NCBI RefSeq assembly: GCF_000400465.1
Contig: NW_008806294.1
Span: forward strand, 1 to 62,000
Reading direction: 5' to 3'
Length of the DNA: 62,000 nt
From: Wallemia ichthyophaga EXF-994
Taxonomy: Eukaryota; Fungi; Basidiomycota
Part shown: positions 53,274 to 62,000 of the stretch, in pieces
Layout of the letters: every line of letters starts with the position of its first letter
How positions within the stretch are numbered: position 1 is the first letter of the stretch
The notes under the pieces: model-generated
The model's database searches: none
Seen by the model: the letters and a program-made list of their open reading frames with translations, nothing else
Told to the model about the DNA's origin: nothing
Program-made: the position numbers and the translations under genes

Positions 53274-53661
53274 TGTGATTGTTTGTAAAAAACAAGTGGA
53301 CAAGGCGCGGGGAACAAGGGGAGAATCTGGGGTGCAGTCACTTGAATCTACTGTGAACATTGATTATTTATTAGGTGATCGGAATGCATATGTGCTTATT
53401 CAATGGTTTGTTCAGATTTATTTAAATTTGAGAGCCAATTTTCGCGTGATCTTTGTGCTGCATTCCCCTGTTGTCGTGCGTCATATAAAGCACAGGTATG
53501 GTAATATTTGTAAAGTGTTGAATATTAAATAATAATACATGAACAATCTCCCTTTCTAACTGCCTCACATTCCAAAGTAGAGACACAAAGTAGAGACATC
53601 CTAAAGACATCTAATAAAACCCGATAAATACGTCATAAATCTTTCTATTTTATTATATACA

Positions 53662-54932
53662 TCAATTATTGATCGAACAAACAGAATTCTGTCTCGTTAA
53701 TTGTCCTTCAGAGCATCCCCTACTAGCCACATCATCAGCTTCAACTTCGATGGTGACGTGGCTGATACCGAACCCAGCCAAACACTGACGCATCTCTCTC
53801 TCCACAGTGTGCCATTGCGTGAGAGTGAGTGAGGAAGGTACTCTAACATGCAGCGTAGCCAGAAGATCTGTTTGTGAGAGATGCCAGATATGGTGATCGT
53901 GGATGCTAACTACGTTTGGAAGGGAGAGTAAATCACTCTCTATAGCCTGCAAATCGAGATATTTGGGTGCGACTTCCAACAATATCCTTGCTGTTTTCAA
54001 CGTGAGTGGTATCGCTGATGCAAATATGATTATGGATATAATCAGTGAAGCTGCAGGATCTGCATAGAATCTATTTTCCGATTTCAACTTCAAGATGAGT
54101 ACACCGACTACTATAACACCAATGTTGTTTATAGCGTCACCTACAACATGCACAAATACACCAAACATACCCAAATCGCCATGTGGATCGATTGGTGGTG
54201 GTAGTCTGACGTGATTATGCATGTGGTGGAGAGAGTTTTCGTTATCGTGAGAATTTTCGTCGTTGTGGGAGTGTGAGTGTGAGTGTGAGTGTTCATGATC
54301 ATCATCATGCGAGTGTCTAGATAGTAAACCCTCCTCTTCGTCGGAGTTTGAGTGTGAGTGTTCGTGTTTACCATGTGAATGACCATGTCCGCCGTGTCCA
54401 TGGTCGTGTACGAAAGCAGCTGAAATGATATTCAACACCAAACCAACGCCACCTAATGAAATAACAGCGATAGGCTGATCGACGCTTTCTGGGTTAAAGA
54501 AGCGTTCAATCGATTGAAGGAAGATGGAGAGTGCGAGACCGAGGAGGAAAACGCCGTTGAAGAAGGCGCCGACAAGTCTATGTGGATTGTTAGATGGGAT
54601 AATTGATAGATCCCAACATACTCAGCTCTATGCCATCCGTATGTCCATCCAGGCAATCTTCTGCCGTGTTCGCGGAGGTAAGCGGCAGTGAAAGCGATGA
54701 CATATGCAACTAGATCCGATAGGTAGTGGAAGCTATCCGCAATCAAAGCTAATGAACGCGTTCTCAATCCCACTATGATTTGGTTAGTGGGCTATCACCA
54801 CGCACTGCGCCCACCTACCAACTAACTCCGAAACAAAGAATACGCAACTGATCCCGAGGACTATCCCGAAGCGTGTTGTGCTATATCCTGTCAGTCATGT
54901 TCCTGTATCATATATACTCCTCACTTCTTCAT
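53662..54932 (-). CDS. ZRC1: CDF-family zinc/cobalt transporter (Zrc1/Cot1-like)
   Basis: MKN-TTRFGIVLGIS, SLALIADSFHYLSD, TYGWHRAE, His-rich loop, GVFVHVVGDAINNIGVI, YADPAAS, SIHDHHIWHLS. Confidence 0.88.
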
Positions 54933-55005
54933 CGTCGTAACTCAACGATGATTTTTTCTACACGCGCAAATATCAATAAATATAAAATCAATTATTAAGA
55001 CATTC

Positions 55006-57007
55006 TCACTCAACATCCCACAGCTCATCCACCCTCACCAACCCACACGCCATTCCCGACGCCAGCAATGCCGCGCGATCACTATCTGGGTTCCACCTAA
55101 GAATGCGCACAGCAGATTCAGCCGGGAAAGGAGCTGCGTATTTACCCAGTTCCTCTCTAGGATGTTTCTCAACCGCGTTGCCAACCTTATTGCCTTTACC
55201 TTTGTCCGTACCCTCTCGATCGCGGTTACTAGGAGGGTTGAGGTGATCAATCATGCGATAAAGCTCTTCACTACGACCGAACTCCACCGCGAAGAGGTCC
55301 ATTGAGTAATAAACCTGCAGACGTCTCGACCGTGCATGCACAATTGCGAGCGGGTTAACCACCTCCACGTGTCCATTCGACCCAGCCACCGCTACGAAAG
55401 GGTGACAAGTAGAAGTGGCTATACTGAGAACTGCGCAGGCGAAATCGGTAAGTTGGGAACCACGTTTGTAATCGCTAGCTAGTAAGCCCTGTGCGACTAC
55501 CGTGTTCTCCCCATTCGCACTAACCATGGCGTTAAGGTGGATAGAGTACCCGACTGTATACGCCACACCACGTATGTGGTCAAACAGAGTCACAGAACCG
55601 CCACTCCCACTCCCACTACCCGCTAGACGCACATCCGTTATGCAGATACTGCCGTCGTAGGCTGACGTGAGCAACTGCGTGTATTCCGCCCGTGGCCCTG
55701 TACTGAGAGTGGGTAAGAGCGTCTTGTGCGTTGTGCTTTCTTCACTTTTATTTTCACCTCCATCTCCTCGAGCCATCTCGTGAGGCGTTATCGCCACCCA
55801 TTGCATACCGTTTATGCCACCCATATGTACATCTATGTATGAGCTTGGCCGGATACTCATACGCCTTTCTCTAAGTGCGGCGCGCAAGTCGTATACAGCC
55901 ACTGCACCGTTAGAGAAACCGACAGCGAGGCGGTTAGAGCTAGCCCATTCGCACGTGAGGCCTTTAGAGGGGGGAGTTTGCATGACAAGGGTAGATGCAG
56001 GAGGGTTCAGGAAGAGGACCTCGCTATCACCCACCCCATAGAAGCGCCGCAAGAGGAGCAAGTCGGGTATGAGCATGACTTGAGCTTGTCCGTCGTTATA
56101 AGTCGCTGCAAGTGCCCCGCTCGTCACGCGCTCGCGCTCCTGATCCCCATACTCCATATATGCAGCATCTGTAGGGCTGAATTTGACATCGAGTGCAACG
56201 CCATGAGAGTGGCAGATTACGGCGAGGAGGGTGATTGAGCAAGGTGTGATTTCTTCGTTGCCGCTCTTGTGCCGTGGCACATACCCCCATAGCTGGATTG
56301 CACTCTTGTACCCCCGCCGGTCGTGTGCGCCGATCCCGTGGGCTGTGGAGTTGTTGTTGAGCACCGATACAGCGAGGATGGAGGGTTGAATGGGTGTGTC
56401 GTTGTCAGCGCTATTCTCCGCGTGATTTATATCCTCAACCTCCACCTCCCGCCACCGCCTCTGCCAATCCAGACCCATGACGCACCCGCCAGCATTAAAG
56501 ACAGAGCCGGGGCTTTGGGAGGTGTGCTCGAGGCTGTTGCTGTGGAAGCGCGGGAAAGAGAAGGGGCGGGTAGAGTGTGTGCTGCCTGCGTGCACGTTTA
56601 TGGGAGGGTTATTCGGGAGGAAATCGTTGCCAGCATCGCTGGAAACGCGCGACCACCGATGAGTCTCGAGCCAGCGCTCCATCGCCTCTAAATCCCTGCT
56701 CGGACTATCAATCTGCACGCCACGTGGATAGATATTCGCCCGGCGTGCGAGATCGACCGAGGAGAGATAGGGGATGAGGATCTGGGCGTGGTCGGCGTCG
56801 GCGGGATCGGCGGGGAGAGTGTGTGCGGTGTGGGCGTGTGCCTCGTGCGGATGGCGCGTGTTGGATGGCCCAATGCCGAGTTGCGCCGGCGCATAGGATC
56901 CCCAGGCTGTGGGGTGTGAGCAGGCTCAGTCGTGCCGGATAGATGGCTCCCCCACGCGGATGTATCGAGTACCGGGCTTTGGATTTCTTGGAAGATGGCG
57001 TACTCAT
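55006..57007 (-). CDS. TFC6: TFIIIC WD40 subunit (Tfc6/Sfc6/GTF3C2-like); intron ~56907-56955
   Basis: GGCVMGLDW, IQLW, LAATYNDG, CEWASSNRLAVGFSNGAVAVYDL, LLTSAYDG, VAVAGSNG, LLASGMACGLVRVD. Confidence 0.7.
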
Positions 57008-57102
57008 GACGTCGCCGTGTGTGTCCAAGAACCCCGTCTCCCCATCTTGCACCTCAGCAGCGAAGATCGAATAAAAAAATCTAAAATAATAAAAATTAGA
57101 TA

Positions 57103-58032
57103 ATGGCTGATAATACATCTCCTCCAATCGCACCCGCTGAATCTCCTTCCATTGGTGACTTTGGGATGGCAACCGTCGGCCTCGGATTGGGTGTTGCTGG
57201 GTTGGGCATATCGATGCTGCCGAACATAGCGTGTACCAGGGTCGAAGCCATGTACAAGCCAGTGAGCCAGCCGGCAACCCAGCCAGCCAAATCACGCGCC
57301 AGCTGGGACAATATCAAGCTCTACCTCAGCAAAGACATATTCAAGCCGATTCTCAGGCTGGCCGTCAGCCGCATAGCATCCGAGCGTCTCTTCGCCTTGG
57401 CGGACTACGGGCTTGCTCTGGCCCTCTCCCCAATCCTCCCATACGGCAGGCTCAACGTCAGTATCGGTCCAACCTCCATCCTGCTAGCCTACGCGCCAGG
57501 TGCATTCGCCGTGTCTTTCGCTGCTACTCTCGCTCTCGACACCATCTTCCTTCCTTTCAAGGTGGCTATGACCCGCGCCGCTCTCCTCCCAAGCAGCTCG
57601 TCGTCCTGGGACCTTTTTTCCGCGAGCGAGAGACGCGACCCGACGCAGCTCTACGCTCACCTCCTCCCATCCCTCTTCCAAACCAGCGCTATCAGCACGG
57701 GCACCAGCCTCCTCTCCTCTGCGATCCTCGCCCTCCTCCCCCCAGACAGCTTCCTTGGGCTGCCTGTTAGATTCGCAGGCATCGTCGTCAACCTCACCCA
57801 GTCTCTCGTTATGGCTAGGCTGTGCGCGCAGTACACGGGTAAAGATGAGCAGATGGACTCAGTCGTCCCTCTCCGCCCTCAACCGTACACAGGCTGGTTC
57901 CAGTGCCTCAGAACTACCATCGCTGAAGAAGGCTGGTGGTTCGCTGGCTGGGTCACCATCAACTCGGCTCTCGGTCTCGGTATGGTGGAGGTGTTGACCC
58001 AGACGCAGCAAAGTGTGGAAGCCTCGCAGTAG
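57103..58032 (+). CDS. Degenerate mitochondrial-carrier-fold protein
   Basis: TIFLPFKVAMTR and SLVMARL...RPQPYTGWFQCLRTTIAEEGW resemble carrier PX[DE]XX[KR] and YxGxxDCxxxIxxEEG motifs, with the charged residues lost. Confidence 0.6.
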   Translation: MADNTSPPIAPAESPSIGDFGMATVGLGLGVAGLGISMLPNIACTRVEAMYKPVSQPATQPAKSRASWDNIKLYLSKDIFKPILRLAVSRIASERLFALADYGLALALSPILPYGRLNVSIGPTSILLAYAPGAFAVSFAATLALDTIFLPFKVAMTRAALLPSSSSSWDLFSASERRDPTQLYAHLLPSLFQTSAISTGTSLLSSAILALLPPDSFLGLPVRFAGIVVNLTQSLVMARLCAQYTGKDEQMDSVVPLRPQPYTGWFQCLRTTIAEEGWWFAGWVTINSALGLGMVEVLTQTQQSVEASQ

Positions 58033-58054
58033 AACAATCATTAAGGATTAGTTA

Positions 58055-58087
58055 CAATTAGCTGCAATTAGCTGCAATTAGCTGCAA
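58055..58087. repeat. Tandem 10-mer (CAATTAGCTG)x3 between convergent 3' ends
   Basis: Directly visible. Confidence 0.85.
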
Positions 58088-58133
58088 GGCGCAAGTTGTG
58101 TATAGAAGCAACCCTAACAATACAAAGATTATA

Positions 58134-58730
58134 TCACAAATACTTGCGTGCAAATTTCTCAAGTTTTTCGCCAAATGTCTTACCCTGTATGGCATCAGTG
58201 GGTGTGTAGAACGGGTTGAGGAGTGTGTCGAGAAACACCCGCCAGCATTCCTGGAAGAAGTTTCTGATATTGTCGTCGTTGGTGACTGTGTGCAGCAGTA
58301 CGAAGCGGATCGAAGGTGTGATAAACGCACTGACTGTCCACCCGTTGAAGCTGTCGACGGATTTGTGGTACCTGCGGGGCGTAAGAATGCGTATATGCTA
58401 ACCGTACCCACTACCCATCACTCACATGCTATTCGACTTGGTTTGGATATCGTCAATGACGTCGAGAGAAGCGTGTGCGACCAAGTCCATGATATCCTGG
58501 TGCATTTGGAGTGTAGTTTGTGTAGTTTGCGTAGTTTGTGTACTCTGTGCGCCGTGTGTGCCTTGTCCACCCAGTTTACCCCCGCCTCCCCCCACCAAAG
58601 CCGATATCAGGTCCTGAGGCCCACTCACATCGCCACCGCCACCGCCACTGAACCTGGAAGACGCGTACTGAGATTTGAATATCGGGGTGTCTTGGTTATT
58701 GAGGAGGTATAAATGATAAATGGCAGCCAT
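58134..58730 (-). CDS. TRS20: TRAPP subunit Trs20/sedlin, 2 exons
   Basis: Y..LNNQDTPIF, DLVAHASLDVIDD....SM-YHKSVDSFNGWTVSAFITP.IRFVLLH....DDNIRNFFQE....L..LLNPFY. Confidence 0.88.
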
Positions 58731-58758
58731 GGGAGTGAGGGTACAAGGAAGTAAACAG

Positions 58759-59092
58759 TTAAATTAGAGAGCTGAGTGTTTCCTGTGTATCGTATATCGC
58801 GTCAGCACTTGCATCCGCTCCCCGCGCACACACTCAACTCACAGCCAGCGTCGTCGGATCCACGCCCTGTTCAATCACATCCAGGCTACTCGATAGCGTC
58901 TCCTTGCTTATCCCGCTATTCAACGCCTGCGATAGTTCGTAAAGCGCTGTTTTTGCTGTTATATAGCCCTGCCTAGATTATCATACACCCACCATCGAGT
59001 ACTTCCTCTGCAGCCACTGGCTTTTCTGGCTTCTCTGTCGCTGATGTTGGTACTGCCGCTGCTAGCGCGTCTTTGCTCTCTTTCGCCTCCAT
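58759..59092 (-). CDS. MZT1: Gamma-tubulin complex activator Mzt1/MOZART1, 3 exons (absent from ORF track)
   Basis: Spliced: MEAKESKDALAAAVPTSATEKPEKPVAAEEVLD-AKTALYELSQALNSGISKETLSSSLDVIEQGVDPTTLA-ETLSSLI*. Matches Mzt1 LYE.S..LN.G...ETL.....IE.GV.P..LA. Canonical GTGGGT/GTGAGT donors, CTGAC branch point. Confidence 0.85.
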
Positions 59093-59145
59093 TTCGCTGT
59101 TTTGCTGCCTTGGTGGCTGTGACTTGTACACCTACCACCACCTCG

Positions 59146-59159
59146 ACGCGTTGACGCGT
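59146..59159. promoter_or_regulatory. Tandem MCB boxes (ACGCGTTGACGCGT) in the MZT1/CDT2 divergent promoter
   Basis: Exact ACGCGT at 59146-59151 and 59154-59159, about 80 bp before the CDT2 ATG. S. pombe cdt2 is a known MBF target. Confidence 0.6.
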
Positions 59160-59234
59160 TTTTCAACTTTCCCAAAATCCTCAAAGCACTCCGAGGACAC
59201 GCTTAAACACGTTGATAAACACTACATCCAACAC

Positions 59235-61080
59235 ATGTCGTCCACACGCGATGGCTTGCGCGAATCGATCAACCGCGGATGTGATGTCGGCGTTATTGGA
59301 AGCAGCAGCAGCAGCACTAGCAACCGCGCCACGCCCACCAAACCAAAGATCAAGCTCACTCTCGATCCCTTCTTTTTCGCGCCTAAAAATGGTTCAAAGA
59401 AGCGCAAGCAGGGTGATGACGTCGGTGAGGTGGGCGATCTGGGTGACTTGAACAAATTGCGCGATCCAAACGACACAAACGACGCAGCCCAGCGCAGCTA
59501 CTTGGATAGCACGCGTCGAGCACTCACTCCGCACGCTTACCTGACGCGCACGCGGCTGAAACACTTTGATGGGCAGCTCAGTGCGCATGCGATGGATATG
59601 TGTGGAGCATACGTAGGATCGTTTAGATCCTCAGACACTGTGCACTTCCCCAGCAGGCTCTCCACGCGAACTTACGCTCCTCCACTCACAACCGCGTTCA
59701 TTCCATCCACACGCTCCACCCCCAATCCGATACTGGCAGTGGGGGATGAGGAGGGAGGTGTGACGATGGTTGGTGTTGGAGCTGACGCGTCGCAACCACA
59801 ACCACAATCACAGCAGTCTCACTCGCACTCGACCGTCGGCTGCTTCGACGCGCACGACAACGCGATCTTCGATCTCAGCTTTAGCCGCGACTCGCTCCTC
59901 TTCGCGACAGCATCGGCTGACCAGGAGACACGAGTGTGGGACACGGCTACGCAGACACACACCGCCACCTGCCACGGCCACACAGGCTCCATCAAATCCC
60001 TCGCCTGGTCGCCCTTCTCCACGCCCATACTCGCCAGTGCGGCGCGCGATGGCTGTGAGTGAAGATCGAGGTGCTTCGTACGACACTCACGCTTCTCTGC
60101 CAGCCATTCGGATCTGGGATGCACGGACGCGGTGTCGGGGTGCGAGTGCAGTGGTCAGCGAGGCACGCAATGCACACGACTCACACGACCCATCCGAGCT
60201 AGACAGCCTGCTCACTATTGATAGGGCTCACGCATCTCTCTCCGAGCAGCGCAAACGGAGCAGCATCGGCAGGAGCATCACCCGCTCTGTAACTTCCATC
60301 ACCTTCCTACATACGCGCGACAACACTCTCGCTAGCGCTGGCTCAGCTAATGGCTCAGTCAAGCTGTGGGATGTGCGCGGCGCGAGCTCGAGCTGTCGAC
60401 AGACTACAGGTAGTGGTGCAGACACATCTACACAAAGCAAACAAAGCAAACAAAGCAAACAAGCCAAGGTGAAAAACAGACCGCTCGCTGAAACACCCGA
60501 CATGACTCAGAGTGACAGCGGGAGTGGCAGCCGACGACCGCATGGCGTTGCGCATATGGTCTCGGATGGGCAGTGGTTGTGGACTCTATGTACGAATTCC
60601 ATGTGAGTTGCATATTGAGAAACTGGCTAACTGGGCAACTAAGGCACACCCCACTAACATCTCTACCCAGCATCTACGGCTATCCGGCGAACAACCTAGA
60701 CAGTAAAGTAGACGCACCGATCCAGTTGTCAGATCCGGATATGCAGTGCGCATCTTTCTGGGTCCGGCTGGCTATTAGTCCCGATGCGCGCTATTTGAGC
60801 TGCGGGAGTACTAATGGCAAGGTGTTCAGCTGGGATATCGCCAACAGCAAGAGGATGAAAAGGTCGCAAGGGAAGGCCATCCATTTTACACATGCTAGAC
60901 AGGACCTCCTCTCACAACTCAATCAGCCCGCTAGCGCGGAAGTGGGATCACTCGATTGGGCAGACGATGTGGTGCGTGCTTGTTGCTTGTCGTGACACCC
61001 TCTCTAATCTCGTAACTCATGCACAGCTCGCTACCTGCTCGGATGATATGACTGTGCGTCTCTGGAGACCTCGGCCGTAG
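59235..61080 (+). CDS. CDT2: Cdt2/DTL WD40 substrate receptor of CRL4, multi-exon
   Basis: ILAVGDEEGGV, AHDNAIFDLSF, ATASADQ, GHTGSIKS, LASAARDG-IRIWDAR, RSVTSI, LASAGSANGSVKLWDVR, SFWVRLAISPD..YLSCGSTNG, EVGSLDW, LATCSDDMTVRLWRP. Confidence 0.9.
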
Positions 61081-61164
61081 TTTTCATATAGTTTTCATAT
61101 AGTTTACTTTATTCTACTTTACTTTACGCTGTTGACGCTGTTTAACTTGTTAGTTCTCTCATCG

Positions 61165-62000
61165 CTAATTTATATCCATTCTGCCATTTACATTTCCATC
61201 ACTATTGATGCGCCCCTCGCTGTCGAAATGGGCATGCTTCGGATGAGTCACTATCCACTCGGAGAAGAGGGATGGCGGAGTGCGGAGGAGGTGTTTCAGA
61301 CGGCGGTAAGTGTTGGATGCTTCCGAGTGCTTGAGTTGGAAGTAAGTGGGGTTGGTATTGTCGTCGGCGTCATCCTCCTTGCCGCTCTTTACGTCACTCT
61401 CCCTCTCCCTCTCTCCTTTCTTCACGCTCTTAACTCCCTTCACACATTCCAGACTGAGATAGTGCCGCATCAGGTCTAATCTGCACAAACGGGATCTGCG
61501 GGTGTTGGTGAGTGAGTGTGCGAGTGAGTGTGATTGAGGATGCAAATTTTCACTCCCCACTCACCTGTATTTCCACCAGTACGGCCCGCCGCCGCGGCGT
61601 CGGAAGTTGCCGTTCTTCAGACCCCCTATCACCAATTCTGTCTGTAGGGGTGAATCGCCTGCTACGTAGTTGGCGCAGTGCATGGCGGGAAGTACGGGTG
61701 GGTGTGGGTGTTCGTTCGCATCTTGGCTTGAACTTGCACGTGCACGCGCTTCCACCTCCTCCTTGGCGTGGCAGAAACGCACCTCCGTGAATGCGATCAC
61801 CGGTCTGTGCAAGTGCAAGTGCAAGTGCAAGTGGTCTGTTGGCGTATCCAAGCGCGATGGGCTAGCTTGAGCGCTTTCCTTCGCGCTCTCTCGCACGCTT
61901 TCCTCCACGCGTAGATAGAGTGAGCGGTGGCATTCAGAGAGGTACTTTTGGCGCCCCTCCCCATCCACACTGCTGACACCGCCGATAACAATATTGTGGA
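61165..62000 (-). CDS. 3' part of a hypothetical protein, possibly CSN8/PSMD8/eIF3K-type PCI-like; runs off the window
   Basis: ORF 61561-61968 splices (GTGAGT..CAG) to ORF 61165-61560, giving ...GNFRRRGGGPYWWKYRRSRLCRLDLMRHYLSLECVKG.... Family assignment is tentative. Confidence 0.45.

Noticed and set aside
56708-57295. Apparent frameshift or overlapping ORF at the TFC6 5' end
   Set aside because: A 49-nt GT-AG intron (~56907-56955) restores the frame.
58055-58087. CRISPR-like or functional repeat array
   Set aside because: Three contiguous 10-mers with no spacers in a eukaryotic 3' region: an ordinary minisatellite.
58098-58712. 204-aa plus-strand ORF
   Set aside because: Antisense shadow of the well-conserved TRS20, with no protein-like motifs.

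Overview
Eukaryotic, extremely gene-dense fungal DNA. Short (~45-55 nt) GT-AG introns with CTRAC/CTAAC-type branch points, plus recognisable basidiomycete-style housekeeping proteins, suggest a compact basidiomycete, most likely Wallemia (inferred from gene style, not from a database search). I can support about 35 protein-coding genes, mostly housekeeping: GPC1, GH2 hydrolase, CDC45, WDR89-like, VMS1, NOT4, SMI1, NSA2, YIP1, TLS1/C9orf78, INO80E-like, GCD11, GMC oxidase, SEM1, SIN-type Cdc14, DENN protein, RPS25, NTH1, PAB1, RPS21, LIP5, RSA4, PPH3, HOP2, ABCC transporter, CAP64-like, ZRC1, TFC6, carrier-like protein, TRS20, MZT1 and CDT2. There is also one decayed GMC duplicate. No rRNA, tRNA, CRISPR array or intact transposon was recognised. 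Most notable observations: (1) three head-to-head gene pairs with only 23-38 bp between start codons; (2) a secreted GMC oxidase that appears to splice across a 367-nt intron onto a transmembrane helix and cytoplasmic tail; (3) a mosaic GMC pseudogene with a near-identical conversion-like tract; (4) abrupt GC and codon-usage switches inside single genes; (5) genes or exons invisible to the ORF track (MZT1; the RPS25 split ATG with an 11-nt micro-exon and GC-AG intron); (6) paired MCB boxes before both CDC45 and CDT2. Exon boundaries were read by eye and have no transcript support.
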